The translations under genes were made by a program, and so were the position numbers. The notes below the pieces were generated by a model that searched no databases, was not told where the DNA came from, and saw only the letters and a list, made by a program, of their open reading frames with translations. From the NCBI GenBank assembly GCA_963729715.1, contig CAVSPA010000006.1, positions 32,001 to 96,000 on the forward strand: 64,000 bases of DNA. Reading direction: 5' to 3'. The stretch is from an uncultured delta proteobacterium (GTDB lineage: Bacteria; Desulfobacterota; Syntrophia; Syntrophales; UBA2185). Shown in pieces: positions 19,565 to 30,294 of this stretch (the first letter of the stretch is position 1; each line of letters opens with the position of its first letter).

Positions 19565-20356
19565 ATGATAATATTTCATGAAATCGACGGTGCAAATATA
19601 GCCTGCTGGGTGAGCAGCAAGAACTTTTCTCAGGAGAAAAAGACGCTCTTCTTTATTCACGGATCTGGCGGGGACCACAGGATCTGGATAAAACAGTATA
19701 CGAGATTGAAGGATGAGTTTAATATTGCGGTAATTGACTTGCCCGGCCATGGACTGTCCGGGGGCCGGGGTGAACAGGATGTATCGCGGTATGTCGAAAG
19801 GGTGAGAGAATTCGTCGGTGTCATTGCTTTGGAGAAACCTGTCTTGATAGGCCACTCCCTCGGTGCGGCTATAAGCCTCGTATTTGCGATAAAATATGGA
19901 GACATGCTCTCCGCCATTGTTCCCGTGGGCGGAGGTGCCAGAATGCCTGTAAATGCTATGATTCTCGAAGGACTGAAAACGGACCCCGATTCTGTAATCG
20001 CTTTGGCCGCCAAGTTTTCTGTTACCAAGGAAAATAGAGAACGCCTGTCCCGAACCGTTATTGATGGCCTGTCACGCGCCAATCCTGATACACTGTGTGG
20101 CGATCTTCTTGCCTGTGACAGACTTGACGTTAGCCGTGAGATCGTAAGTATCGCAAAGCCAACGCTCGTTATGTGCGGTGGTGATGACAAGATGACACCT
20201 CCTGCGCTGTCGCAATTCCTGAGAGATAACATTCCCGGTGCGCAGTTGTCGCTTATTGAGAATGCCGGTCATATGGCGATGCTGGAAAATGCGGAGGCCT
20301 TCAACGAAGTCCTCAAAACATTTGTTCTATCCTTGCCTGATGTGGAGAGACAATAA
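19565..20356 (+). CDS. Alpha/beta hydrolase
   Basis: FIHGSGG, DLPGHG, GHSLG nucleophile, Asp and AGH triad. Confidence 0.85.
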   Translation: MIIFHEIDGANIACWVSSKNFSQEKKTLFFIHGSGGDHRIWIKQYTRLKDEFNIAVIDLPGHGLSGGRGEQDVSRYVERVREFVGVIALEKPVLIGHSLGAAISLVFAIKYGDMLSAIVPVGGGARMPVNAMILEGLKTDPDSVIALAAKFSVTKENRERLSRTVIDGLSRANPDTLCGDLLACDRLDVSREIVSIAKPTLVMCGGDDKMTPPALSQFLRDNIPGAQLSLIENAGHMAMLENAEAFNEVLKTFVLSLPDVERQ

Positions 20357-20392
20357 AGAAATTAAAGTATTTGATTATTAGAAGGAGTTCGT

Positions 20393-20692
20393 ATGTTTGT
20401 GCTGGGAAACTTTATCATCGCGGTGGCAAAAATTATCCACGTCATACTTAACATCTATATGTGGATTATCATTGCGAGGGCTATCATCTCATGGGTGAAT
20501 CCTGATCCGTACAATCAGATCGTGCAGTTCTTATATCGTGTGACAGAGCCGGTTCTGGCACAGGTTCGCAGATGGCTGCCTTTCGGACGCATGGCCATTG
20601 ACGTATCGCCGATAGTCGTTATTCTGGCGATTTATTTCTTAGATGAATTTCTCATCAAGAGCATGATTGAATTGGCGGTGAGCTTAAAGTAA
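20393..20692 (+). CDS. yggT: YggT family membrane protein
   Basis: ISWVNPDPYN...VTEPVL...IDVSPIV. Confidence 0.9.
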   Translation: MFVLGNFIIAVAKIIHVILNIYMWIIIARAIISWVNPDPYNQIVQFLYRVTEPVLAQVRRWLPFGRMAIDVSPIVVILAIYFLDEFLIKSMIELAVSLK

Positions 20693-20722
20693 TGATCCAT
20701 GCAAACATGTCTCTGGTCTGAA

Positions 20723-21007
20723 ATGGTAAACATCAAAGAAACGGAAGACGGCGTAATCCTACAGGTTCATGTCGTGCCGCGGTCTGCCAAAAGCGAGATT
20801 GCCGGCTTTCAGGGCGACGCGCTAAAGCTTCGAATAACGGCGCCGCCTGTGGAGGGGCAGGCGAATGCGGAATGCATCAGGTTTCTCTCTGATATCCTGG
20901 GGATCAAAAAAAAACAGGTAAGAATCTTGAGCGGCCATAAATCGAGGAAGAAGACCTTTGCAATAGAAGGGATCAGAAGAAAGAACATAGAGGTTCTGAT
21001 TCCGTGA
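20723..21007 (+). CDS. yggU: DUF167/YggU family protein
   Basis: VVPRSAKS, APPVEGQAN and GHKSRKK; start placed at ATG 20723. Confidence 0.85.
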   Translation: MVNIKETEDGVILQVHVVPRSAKSEIAGFQGDALKLRITAPPVEGQANAECIRFLSDILGIKKKQVRILSGHKSRKKTFAIEGIRRKNIEVLIP

Positions 21008-21109
21008 ACCGGCTCCCATTAGAAGGGCGTGCTCACGAATAGTTTTGTTTAATTCCCACAAGCCGCCGTATGTGACATTTACTTTCACTGCTTTTTGCCA
21101 ACTTACAGT

Positions 21110-22699
21110 ATGGAAGAGGGTCGAATAACAGGCACGGAAAATAGAAGAGTCGCCCGCGCAGCAGGGGTGGTCGGTCTGGCGACGATGCTTTCCCGCATAT
21201 CCGGCTTTCTCCGGGATATGGTTGTCGCCGCTTTTTTCGGCGCCGGTCTTACGACGGACGCCTTTTTCGTTGCCTTCCGGATTCCCAACATGCTGAGGCG
21301 CCTGCTCGGCGAAGGATCGCTGACTGTCTCCTTCGTACCCGTCTTTACGGAATACCTGAACAAAAAGACAAAGGCCGAGGCCTATGAATTGGCCAATGTC
21401 GCATTTACGGTGCTTTCGATTATCCTTGTCATTGTATCTATCGCAGGCATTATTTTTTCACCGCTTATCGTAACGATCATGGCGCCTGGATGGTATATCG
21501 ATCGTCCGGCCCACTATCAACTGACGGTTTTTCTCAATCGTCTGATGTTTCCCTACATCTTCTTCATCGCTCTCGTGGCGCTGTGCATGGGCATCCTCAA
21601 TTCCCTGCGCCACTTCGCCATACCCGCCCTTTCACCCGTTATCCTTAACATCTGTATGATCCTGGCGGTGCTGCTGCTCATGGACTTTTTCCCGGAGCCG
21701 ATTACGGCCCTTGCCGTGGGAGTCATGATAGGAGGCGTTTTGCAGCTCGCCATGCAGTGGCCTTTCCTTGTTAAATTCGGATTGAAGCTGAAGCCTGATT
21801 TTAACTTCAGGCATCCAGGCCTGAAAAAAATCGGGATCCTCATGCTTCCCGCAGTTTTCGGGGCGTCGATCTATCAGATCAATATTTTCATTGCCACCAT
21901 CTTGGCCTCGCTCCTTCCGTCCGGGAGCGTCTCCTATCTCTACTATGCGGACCGGGTCGTGGAGCTTCCCCTCGGCGTATTTGCTATTGCGGTAGGGACG
22001 GCGGTGCTCCCCAGCTTTTCGGAGCAGGTGGCAAAAGGCGACTTTCATGAATTGAAGGGAACAATTAATTTTTCCCTGAGACTAATACTCTTTGTCACTA
22101 TACCGGCAGCGGCCGCACTCATAGTACTCCGGGTGCCGATAATCTCGGTACTTTTTCAGAGAGGTGCGTTTGATATCCAGTCAACATTTCTGACGGCCCA
22201 AGCCCTCTTATGTTACGCCCTTGGCTTGTGGGCCTTTTCGGTAATCAGGGTTATTGTGTCGGCTTTTTATTCACTTCAGGATTCAAAAACTCCGATGAAA
22301 GCGGGAATTGTCGCATTCATCGTCAATGTTGTCTGTAGCATTATTCTCATGTATCCTCTAAAGCATAGCGGTCTCGCGTTGGCGACGTCTATCGCGACGG
22401 CTGTTAATGTCATCATGCTGACAATTGTTCTCAAGAGGCGGATCGGGGTTTTCCTGGATCAGGAGTTTTATAAGTCTGTTCTCAGAATATTGCTGTCGTC
22501 GTTTGCGATGTGCGGGGTTATCATCCTCATAGGAACTTTCCTGCCCTGGAGTGACGAGGGTGCGTTTAACGCAAGACTATTGCACCTCATGGTCTCTGTC
22601 TTTGCCGGGATGGCAGCATTCTTCAGCTTCGCCTGTTTGACTAAGTGCTCGGAAATGACGATGATTGTTGATGTTATCAAGAGAAGGATGGTGGGCTAA
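21110..22699 (+). CDS. murJ: Lipid II flippase MurJ (MviN)
   Basis: SRISGFLRD, AFRIPNMLRRLLGEG and YADRVVELPLG. Confidence 0.95.
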   Translation: MEEGRITGTENRRVARAAGVVGLATMLSRISGFLRDMVVAAFFGAGLTTDAFFVAFRIPNMLRRLLGEGSLTVSFVPVFTEYLNKKTKAEAYELANVAFTVLSIILVIVSIAGIIFSPLIVTIMAPGWYIDRPAHYQLTVFLNRLMFPYIFFIALVALCMGILNSLRHFAIPALSPVILNICMILAVLLLMDFFPEPITALAVGVMIGGVLQLAMQWPFLVKFGLKLKPDFNFRHPGLKKIGILMLPAVFGASIYQINIFIATILASLLPSGSVSYLYYADRVVELPLGVFAIAVGTAVLPSFSEQVAKGDFHELKGTINFSLRLILFVTIPAAAALIVLRVPIISVLFQRGAFDIQSTFLTAQALLCYALGLWAFSVIRVIVSAFYSLQDSKTPMKAGIVAFIVNVVCSIILMYPLKHSGLALATSIATAVNVIMLTIVLKRRIGVFLDQEFYKSVLRILLSSFAMCGVIILIGTFLPWSDEGAFNARLLHLMVSVFAGMAAFFSFACLTKCSEMTMIVDVIKRRMVG

Positions 22700-22818
22700 A
22701 TCCAAATAAAAACAGAAAGATGAAACTAATGGTGGGAGAAAAGGTATTGACTGCCGGGGCTTGAAGTGATAGGGGGAATTTCCTTTTGACGGGGTAATCT
22801 GGAAGGGAAGGTCAGAAT

Positions 22819-24099
22819 ATGCTGGATATAAAATTTCTGAGACAAAATATTGATTTCGTCAGAAAGAAAATGCTCGAGAGAGGTCAGGACATCAATCTCG
22901 AAGCCTTTGCCGCGCTGGATGAAGAAAGACGCAGAGTTCTTCAGGAAGTGGAAACCCTGCGGAACGAGCGGAACAAAGCCTCCAAGGAGATAGGCGAGAA
23001 AAAGAAAAAAAAAGAAGACGCTTCCCAGCTTATTGCCAAGATGAGCGATGTCTCCAATCGCATCAAAGAACTGGACGAGTCTCTGAAGAAGATCGAGGAA
23101 GACTTGGGCAGCATTCTGATGATCATTCCCAATGTACCTCATGAGTCCGTCGTGTACGGTACAGGCTCGGAGGATAATCCGGTAATCCGCGTCTGGGGAG
23201 AAAAGCCGCAGCTCGCGTTCACGCCGAAACCGCACTGGGAAATCGGTGAGGATCTGAACATCCTCGATTTTACAAGGGGTGCAAAGATTACGGGGGCGCG
23301 GTTTACCCTGTACAGGGCGTGGGGGGCTGTGCTGGAGCGGGCCATCATAAATTTTATGCTTGACCTGCATACGTCGGAGCACGGCTATACGGAGGTATTG
23401 ACGCCCTTCATGGTGAACAGCGAAAGCATGACGGGAACCGGACAGCTCCCGAAATTTGCTGAGGACCTTTTCAAGATCGAGAAATTTGACTATTACCTAA
23501 TTCCTACGGCCGAAGTGCCGGTAACTAACATCCACCGTGACGAGATTCTGGATGAGCGGGATCTTCCGACTTTGTATGTGGCGTATTCGCCATGTTTTCG
23601 CTCCGAGGCCGGTTCATACGGAAAAGATACGCGGGGACTCATCAGGCAGCACCAATTCAACAAAGTGGAAATGGTCAAGTTCACCACACCGGAAACATCC
23701 TACGATGAGCTGGAAAGGCTGACCCTCAATGCTGAAGAAGTTTTAAAAAGGCTCAACATCCATTTCCGAACGGTAAGCCTGTGTACAGCGGATTTGGGGT
23801 TTTCTTCCGCCAAGACCTATGACGTTGAAGTTTGGCTTCCGGGGCAGGATTCTTACCGGGAGATATCGTCCTGCAGCAACTTCGGGGATTTTCAGTCTCG
23901 CAGGGCGTCCATACGATTCAGGCGTGAAGACAGCGGCAAGGTAGAGTTTGTTCATACCCTTAATGGGTCCGGACTCGCCGTCGGAAGGACGGTAGTGGCC
24001 GTTCTGGAAAATTTTCAGCAGGCCAACGGAAGCGTAATTATTCCTGAGGTGCTCAGGCCTTACATGAAAGGAATTGACAGGATTCCCGCTCGGGTCTAA
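22819..24099 (+). CDS. serS: Seryl-tRNA synthetase
   Basis: [28 protein letters not shown] and HTLNGSGLA. Confidence 0.97.
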   Translation: MLDIKFLRQNIDFVRKKMLERGQDINLEAFAALDEERRRVLQEVETLRNERNKASKEIGEKKKKKEDASQLIAKMSDVSNRIKELDESLKKIEEDLGSILMIIPNVPHESVVYGTGSEDNPVIRVWGEKPQLAFTPKPHWEIGEDLNILDFTRGAKITGARFTLYRAWGAVLERAIINFMLDLHTSEHGYTEVLTPFMVNSESMTGTGQLPKFAEDLFKIEKFDYYLIPTAEVPVTNIHRDEILDERDLPTLYVAYSPCFRSEAGSYGKDTRGLIRQHQFNKVEMVKFTTPETSYDELERLTLNAEEVLKRLNIHFRTVSLCTADLGFSSAKTYDVEVWLPGQDSYREISSCSNFGDFQSRRASIRFRREDSGKVEFVHTLNGSGLAVGRTVVAVLENFQQANGSVIIPEVLRPYMKGIDRIPARV

Positions 24100-24132
24100 T
24101 ATAAATTTTGGTTCTGAAATCAGTGTCATCAC

Positions 24133-24218
24133 GGAGGGGTGGCCGAGTGGTCGATGGCGGCGGTCTTGAAAACCGTTAACCGAAAGGTTCACAGGTTCGA
24201 ATCCTGTTCCCTCCGCCA
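24133..24218 (+). tRNA. tRNA-Ser, anticodon TGA
   Basis: GGAGGGG acceptor, CT-TGA-AA loop, long variable arm, TTCGAAT loop and encoded CCA. Confidence 0.95.
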
Positions 24219-24297
24219 GAATAGAAATAAAATCCCTGCCCCCTATTCAGAAATATGGGTTCACGGGAGACCTAAGAGATAATAGATCGGCTCATAT

Positions 24298-24392
<95 letters not shown>

Positions 24393-24404
24393 TGACTTTG
24401 TGGA

Positions 24405-24481
24405 GCGCCCATAGCTCAGCTGGATAGAGCGTTGGACTACGAATCCAAAGGCCCCAGGTTCGACTCCTGGTGGGCGCGCCA
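24405..24481 (+). tRNA. tRNA-Arg, anticodon ACG
   Basis: GCGCCCA/TGGGCGC acceptor, CT-ACG-AA loop and CCA. Confidence 0.95.
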
Positions 24482-24553
24482 GTTTATGTGAGACCGTAGA
24501 TTTTTTCCGCAGCCCTTTGCAAATCTCTTTTTCGGGAGAATTAGCCAACGCGT

Positions 24554-24907
24554 ATGGTTGCCTCAAAATCTGAAGAGCACCGGCCATGGGGTTATTTCTG
24601 TGTGCTTACCGATGAGCCGGACCATAAAGTGAAACGCATCGTTGTGTTCCCGAAGCAGCGTCTGAGTCTCCAGAGACACCGTCACAGAATGGAACACTGG
24701 TATATAGTCCGGGGGACCGCCATCGTGACCATCGACAAGGAACAAATCCAACTGGAGCGCGGCCAGGCTGTGGATATTCCCCAGGGTGCATGGCATAGGA
24801 TCATGAACACAGGGGAGGAGAATGTTGTTGTCATTGAAGTTCAAGGCGGAGATTACTTCGGAGAGGACGACATCGAACGGGCAGAGGACGACTACGGCCG
24901 GGTTTGA
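24554..24907 (+). CDS. Cupin protein, type II mannose-6-phosphate isomerase C-terminal domain
   Basis: RPWG, RLSLQRHRHRMEHW and IEVQ.G.YFGEDDIER. Confidence 0.85.
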   Translation: MVASKSEEHRPWGYFCVLTDEPDHKVKRIVVFPKQRLSLQRHRHRMEHWYIVRGTAIVTIDKEQIQLERGQAVDIPQGAWHRIMNTGEENVVVIEVQGGDYFGEDDIERAEDDYGRV

Positions 24908-25157
24908 CGGTTTCAGCATCAAATCCCGAGATTGGACCCATTGTCACAGAGAGGTATCACTATATGGCCAAAATCGTTGACTATATGAGAAGCAACCCGT
25001 CAAGCGCCCGCTCATTTGGCAAGAGATGCGTCATAATTTTTCAGAAATACTTGGCAGATTTATCTTGACAATGAAAAAAAAGGGAGTATGTTTCGTGCCT
25101 AAAGAAATGGGTTTAACACCCAGCGTCTGAAAAATTTTGAAAGGAGGTACTACGTTG

Positions 25158-25382
25158 ATGAAGAAGGTGTTTGCTTTCATGCTTTCGGTGCTGATGTTAA
25201 TAGCATTTACGGTTGTATTAGTCGGCTGTCCGTCCGCACCCGAAAAGAAACCAGCAGAGCCCGCGAAGAAAGAAGCAGCAGCAGCGCCGGCACCAGGGGC
25301 ACCAGCGCCAGCACCAGGGGCACCAGCACCAGGGGCACCAGCTCCTGCAGCGCCTGCTCCCGCAGCGCCTGCGCACAAGTAA
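25158..25382 (+). CDS. Small Pro/Ala-rich lipoprotein
   Basis: AAGGAGG RBS, LVG-C lipobox and APAPG repeats; TTGACA-16 bp-TATGTT promoter at 25065. Confidence 0.75.
   Translation: MKKVFAFMLSVLMLIAFTVVLVGCPSAPEKKPAEPAKKEAAAAPAPGAPAPAPGAPAPGAPAPAAPAPAAPAHK
25290..25342 (+). repeat. Coding tandem repeat (GCACCAGGG/GCACCA units)
   Basis: GCACCAGGGGCACCAGC recurs three times. Confidence 0.7.
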
Positions 25383-25404
25383 TATCCCTATTACGATCTG
25401 ATAA

Positions 25405-25450
25405 GAAAAAAACAACCGAGCATCTCAATGATGCCCGGTTTGTTTTTTTT
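25405..25450. terminator. Bidirectional intrinsic terminator
   Basis: A-tract, AACCGAGCATC/GATGCCCGGTT stem, then T-tract, between convergent genes. Confidence 0.75.
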
Positions 25451-25459
25451 GGGCGGGGA

Positions 25460-25918
25460 TCAATTTTTACAGGCTGCGCTTTGTATATTTTGCCAGAGAC
25501 TTCCGGGATAAATTATTTTCCATTCGTAATCTGCGGAGACGGCAGAGTGGATTATGGACCCTTCCGCATTGAAATGAACAATCTGCAGGAACCTGATCCT
25601 GTTTCCTCTGCACTCAATCTCATTTAGTATCTCAGTGTACATCAGTCCCTTTGCGGATTTCTTTAGCTTCTTTAGTTCTCCTTTCACTTCCTCGCGATAT
25701 TTACTCTTTTCAGACGGGGCAATCATTGACCATACCCGGGCAATATCGGGGGATGGATAGGAGACGCTTTTCTTCTCGATATAAAGTGCATCTCTGTACT
25801 TGGTAAAACCCACAAAGATCCATTGCTCTTTTCCTGCCTGTGCGCAAACGGAAGTTGCTCCCAGGAAAGATGCGCCGATAAAGAAAATAATGACATATGA
25901 TAGCGGAGTCAGTTTCAT
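25460..25918 (-). CDS. Secreted protein, surface-adhesin E-like
   Basis: Signal peptide; W...YI...S...RVW, EIEC, W..I.PGS and a terminal Cys. Confidence 0.55.
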   Translation of the reverse strand: MKLTPLSYVIIFFIGASFLGATSVCAQAGKEQWIFVGFTKYRDALYIEKKSVSYPSPDIARVWSMIAPSEKSKYREEVKGELKKLKKSAKGLMYTEILNEIECRGNRIRFLQIVHFNAEGSIIHSAVSADYEWKIIYPGSLWQNIQSAACKN

Positions 25919-26022
25919 TGAGAGAATCTCTCTTTTATTTACTTGCCAGACTGTTTATAATACCTTATTTTCCGCGCATAATAAATAGTATATTTGCCTT
26001 GCACATCATGGGATGCAAAGAA

Positions 26023-26706
26023 ATGGAACTGAATTACGAAGTGGTGAGGAGTAAAAAAAGGAGGCGGACGATTTCATTGCAGGTCAGGGCAGACGGGACT
26101 GCAGTCGTCCATGCTCCATATCGAACACCGATTCCGGAAATAGACAAATTTGTTAGGGAGAAACAAAGCTGGTTAGGGAGAAAGGTCAGGGAGAACAGGG
26201 AAAGGCAAAAAGAAATCCAGGCTAAGAAGTATTTAAGAGGCGAAATATTTTTTTTCCTGGGGAAACCCTATCCGTTGAAGATCGAGGCCGCCGCCCTTGG
26301 ATTTGATAAACTGGCTTTCGTTTGCGGCCAATTTGTCCTTGCCGAAGATAATGCCTTTCAGGGAAGAGAGCTTTTCGTTGACTGGTATAGGAAAAGCGCG
26401 CAGAAACATATTGGGGAAAGAGTCGATCATTTCGGCCAGGCCCTCAAGCTCGTTCCCAAAGACGTCAGGATAAGCAACGCGCGCTGCCGGTGGGGTTCCT
26501 GTTCTCAGGACAATCATCTGCATTTCAGCTGGCGGCTCATAATGGCGCCATGTTCCGTCATTGATTACCTGGTCGTGCATGAATTAGCCCACATGCAAGA
26601 AAAGAATCATTCGGAGAGTTTCTGGAGTCTTGTAGGAAATACGATTACCGACTATAAGAAACAAAGAATCTGGTTAAAGGATAACGGGCATACATTGGAT
26701 ATTTAG
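26023..26706 (+). CDS. YgjP/DUF45 (M48/SprT-like) metal-dependent hydrolase
   Basis: RRRTISL, RWGSCS and VVHELAH...NHSESFW. Confidence 0.85.
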   Translation: MELNYEVVRSKKRRRTISLQVRADGTAVVHAPYRTPIPEIDKFVREKQSWLGRKVRENRERQKEIQAKKYLRGEIFFFLGKPYPLKIEAAALGFDKLAFVCGQFVLAEDNAFQGRELFVDWYRKSAQKHIGERVDHFGQALKLVPKDVRISNARCRWGSCSQDNHLHFSWRLIMAPCSVIDYLVVHELAHMQEKNHSESFWSLVGNTITDYKKQRIWLKDNGHTLDI

Positions 26707-26860
26707 AAATGATGGAGTACGTGAATCCAGAGAGCTTCTGCCGTGCGATTATCTTGTCTGTCATTTCACTGGAGCTCGGGCAGAAGCTTCTTTTTGTGTA
26801 TTTTCCGGCATAATTTTGGTATAAGCGGGCACGTTTAACTTTGGTTAGTGAAATAGGCAC

Positions 26861-29107
26861 ATGGGCACCGAATTGATACCAGTTACATCGATGAGCATAG
26901 GCGAAGAGGGAATCATTCAAGCCATCTCCGGAGGAGGCGCTCTCACAAGCAGACTCGCAGGCATGGGTATTGTGTCTAACGCCAAGCTCAAGGTCCTCCG
27001 CAAAAGCGGAGGATTGATTATTGTCCAGGTAGCGGATACGAGGGTGGCCTTGGGAAGTGGAGAGGCATCGAAGATACTGGTATTTAAGGTTGCGGCAGTG
27101 CGGGATGAAGGAGAGCAAAAGAGGGTCGAGAAGAAACTTCTGGTTGCACTTGCCGGGCAGCCCAATGTGGGGAAATCCACTGTATTCAATATCCTTACCG
27201 GTTTATCGCAGCATGTGGGCAACTGGCCGGGAAAAACGGTAGAGAAGAAAGAAGGCGCCCATTTTTCGGATGACGTGGAACTTCAGATTATAGACCTGCC
27301 GGGCACTTACAGCCTGACGGCCTTTTCCGAAGAGGAGAGGGTTGCACGGGATTTTATCATCAGTGCAAATCCCGATGTTATTGTCCACCTCGTGAATGCA
27401 TCTGCCCTCGAAAGAAGCCTCTATCTCTTGTCAGAGCTGCTGCTTTTGGGTCCGCCCATTGTTGTGGCCGTCAATATGATAGATGTTGCTGAAGCTCAGG
27501 GGATCCATGTTGATGTGAAGGCGCTGCAAGAATCTCTGGGGATACCCGTCGTGCCGATGGTTGCTACAAAAAACAGGGGAATCAAGGAGCTCGTATCCAC
27601 TGTCATCGCTGCGGCAACGGGGGAACTGGATTACAACCCGAGGATACCTGATGTTTCCCCGGACCACAGGGCGATTTTTGATAGTCTCATGGATCTCATC
27701 AAGGAATATGTCCCGCTTCCATTCACCGTCCGCTGGACTGCAACGAAACTCATGGAAGGCGACCCGGAAATATCGAAGTTGATGGAGGGACTCGTGCCCG
27801 CGGATGTGTGGAATAGGATACAGACGCTTCTCATCAAGCATGAAGACTCCCTCCACGCTGTGGTCGGCGGCAGGTATGACTGGATCGAAGAGGTTACCAG
27901 AGCCGCCGTTTCGAGATTCAAAATGGGAGAAGTCGTAATGACCGACAGAATCGATCACATTCTCACCCGTCCCATTCTCGGCATTCCCATACTCCTTGCG
28001 GTTTTTGCAGGCGTCTTCGTGGTGACATATAAAATAGGGTTCCCCTTGCAAAAGCAGGTTGAATGGATGGTCGCTGCACTTGCCCGGTGGGTGGATGCGG
28101 CAATCGTCTCTTTTCATCCATGGATCAGGGGAATTATAATCGACGGCGTTATCGGAGGTGTGGGGTCAGTCTTGACCTTGCTCCCCATATTGCTCATATT
28201 TTTTGCGGTCATGGCTTTCTTGGAAGATGTTGGATATATGGCGAGGGCGGCTTTTGTCATGGACAGATTCATGCACCTTGTGGGTCTTCACGGTAAGAGC
28301 TTTATTCCCATGTGTTTGGGTTTCGGGTGTAACGTGCCATCGGTTCTTGGCACTAGGATTGTGGAGTCCAGGAGGGAGCGGTTGCTTACAATATTTCTTA
28401 TTCCCTTCGTTCCCTGCACGGCGCGGCTTGCCGTTGTGACGTTTGTCTCTGCCGCTCTATTTGCGGACAAAGCAGCCTCTGTTTCCTGGGCATTACTGAC
28501 CATGAACATACTTGTATTGGGCGTCATAGGCATGTTCATAGATAGATTTATTTTGAAGGACGAGCCCATGCCTTTTATCATGGAATTGCCGCTCTATCAT
28601 AAACCCGATCCCAAAACTATCGGAATCGTTGTGTGGGCAAGGACCGTAGCATTTGTGAAGAGGGCGGGCACTGTTATACTGACAGTTTCTGTCGTCATAT
28701 GGGTTTTCTCCTATTTTCCAAGCGGCAATATGGAGGATAGCGTTCTCGCGTGGTTCGGCCGTCTCATTGAGCCGGTCGGGAAACCAATGGGTCTTGACTG
28801 GAAAATGCTGACAGCCCTGATTACGGGCTTTTTAGCGAAAGAGAATGTAATTGCTACCCTCGGAGTTCTTTACGGCGTAGGCGAGCATGGGTTGCTTGAG
28901 GTCTTGCCAAACGTCGTAAGCCACGCCTCGGCGTTGGCTTTCCTGGTTGTTCTCATGCTTTTTATTCCCTGCGTTGCCACTTTGACAGTGATGAAGAGGG
29001 AAATGGGAAGCGCGAAATGGTTTGCGTCCTCTCTGCTCTTGATGCTGATTGTCTCTTTTTCCGGAGGCATCATCGCCTACCACGTGGCTCTGTGGGCGGG
29101 ACTATAG
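26861..29107 (+). CDS. feoB: Ferrous iron transporter B with fused N-terminal FeoA domain
   Basis: FeoA-like first ~75 aa; GQPNVGKS, GNWPGKTVE, DLPG, NMID, GFGCNVP and PCTAR. Confidence 0.92.
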   Translation: MGTELIPVTSMSIGEEGIIQAISGGGALTSRLAGMGIVSNAKLKVLRKSGGLIIVQVADTRVALGSGEASKILVFKVAAVRDEGEQKRVEKKLLVALAGQPNVGKSTVFNILTGLSQHVGNWPGKTVEKKEGAHFSDDVELQIIDLPGTYSLTAFSEEERVARDFIISANPDVIVHLVNASALERSLYLLSELLLLGPPIVVAVNMIDVAEAQGIHVDVKALQESLGIPVVPMVATKNRGIKELVSTVIAAATGELDYNPRIPDVSPDHRAIFDSLMDLIKEYVPLPFTVRWTATKLMEGDPEISKLMEGLVPADVWNRIQTLLIKHEDSLHAVVGGRYDWIEEVTRAAVSRFKMGEVVMTDRIDHILTRPILGIPILLAVFAGVFVVTYKIGFPLQKQVEWMVAALARWVDAAIVSFHPWIRGIIIDGVIGGVGSVLTLLPILLIFFAVMAFLEDVGYMARAAFVMDRFMHLVGLHGKSFIPMCLGFGCNVPSVLGTRIVESRRERLLTIFLIPFVPCTARLAVVTFVSAALFADKAASVSWALLTMNILVLGVIGMFIDRFILKDEPMPFIMELPLYHKPDPKTIGIVVWARTVAFVKRAGTVILTVSVVIWVFSYFPSGNMEDSVLAWFGRLIEPVGKPMGLDWKMLTALITGFLAKENVIATLGVLYGVGEHGLLEVLPNVVSHASALAFLVVLMLFIPCVATLTVMKREMGSAKWFASSLLLMLIVSFSGGIIAYHVALWAGL

Positions 29108-29215
29108 AGATTTGTGACATTCAATGAGCTGTCGTGGTTGCCTGTATGGACAAAAGGGTATTTACCTGCGATTAATTCCGTAATGGAATGACCCGCGCCA
29201 GTGTAATTAAGTAGG

Positions 29216-29977
29216 TTGACGGTAGTGAATTCAAATCCTCATCCGAGGCATTCGCCGCGCTCTGAATTTATCGCGGGCATCAGGGCTGAACTGCCAATCT
29301 TATTAGGCGTGGTTCCGTTCGGCATGATTTACGGGGTATTGGCCATTGGCGCCGGATTGACCGTGGGCGCGGCTATGGCGATGTCGTCCATCGTTTTCGC
29401 CGGCTCGGCACAGTTCGTGGGCGTGCAGCTCATCCACTCAGGTGCGCCGGGGATGGTCATCGTCTTTACGACGTTTATCGTGAACCTGCGGCATATACTC
29501 TATAGCGCCTCCATAGCGCCACACCTTGCACGGCTGAGCCACAGGTGGAAGTGGTTGCTGGCCTATCTGCTCACCGACGAAGCCTACGCCGTCACCATCA
29601 CCCGCTACAATCAAGAATCCGCATCACCCGTCAAGTGCGCCAACAGGCATTGGTATCTGCTGGGGGCGGGACTGGCAATGTGGACCACATGGCAGGTTAG
29701 CACAGCGGCGGGTATCTTCCTTGGCGCGCAGGTTCCATCAAGCTGGTCGCTCGATTTCACCATAGCCCTCACGTTCATCGCCCTCGTTGTGCCGGCGTTG
29801 CGCGATCGGCCAAGCGTGGCGGCGGCCCTGTCTGCCGGCGTCATCGCCGTCCTGGCTTTTGGCCTGCCCTACAAGCTGGGGTTGATAGTCGCGGCCATCA
29901 GCGGCATGGCAGTTGGCCTTTGGGTCGAAGAGAGACAGCTGTCAAATGGCCGTCACGAGCGGGGGGGCAGCCGATGA
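29216..29977 (+). CDS. azlC: AzlC family branched-chain amino acid exporter
   Basis: FAGSAQF, VNLRH and LTDEAYA; start uncertain. Confidence 0.85.
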   Translation: MTVVNSNPHPRHSPRSEFIAGIRAELPILLGVVPFGMIYGVLAIGAGLTVGAAMAMSSIVFAGSAQFVGVQLIHSGAPGMVIVFTTFIVNLRHILYSASIAPHLARLSHRWKWLLAYLLTDEAYAVTITRYNQESASPVKCANRHWYLLGAGLAMWTTWQVSTAAGIFLGAQVPSSWSLDFTIALTFIALVVPALRDRPSVAAALSAGVIAVLAFGLPYKLGLIVAAISGMAVGLWVEERQLSNGRHERGGSR

Positions 29978-30294
29978 ATGTGTGGCTCCTTCTCATATGC
30001 ATGGGCTTAGTCACCTACGCAATTCGTCTATCACTGATCGTGCTGATCGGGCGCGTCAATCTGCCGCCGATTATTCAATGGGCATTGTGCCTTGTGCCTC
30101 CGGCAGTGCTGTCGGCGATTATCTTTCCGGAACTGCTGATGCCGGCAGGCACGCTCGATTTGTCCTTCGGAAATCTCCGGCTGCTGGCGGGAGCACTGGC
30201 CGCGGCTGTTGCTTGGCGCACCCGGAATGTTCTCTTGACGATCGGAGTCGGCATGGTGGCGCTGTGGGTCTTGCAGGCGGTGATTACCCACTGA
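29974..30294 (+). CDS. azlD: AzlD family protein
   Basis: ATGA overlap with azlC; TYAIR and VPPAVLSAII. Confidence 0.85.
   Translation: MNVWLLLICMGLVTYAIRLSLIVLIGRVNLPPIIQWALCLVPPAVLSAIIFPELLMPAGTLDLSFGNLRLLAGALAAAVAWRTRNVLLTIGVGMVALWVLQAVITH

Noticed and set aside
24133..24218. Possible selenocysteine or suppressor tRNA because TGA is in the anticodon loop
   Set aside because: Anticodon TGA reads Ser UCA; tRNA-Sec has anticodon TCA and a longer acceptor stem.
24405..24560. Integrative element at tRNA-Arg
   Set aside because: No integrase, and I saw no duplicated tRNA 3' end in the window.
25290..25345. CRISPR-like short repeats
   Set aside because: Coding tandem repeats with no spacers; no cas genes or CRISPR array anywhere in the window.
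26861..29107. FeoA-FeoB fusion as a novelty
   Set aside because: This fusion is already known; no clear Fur box was seen upstream.
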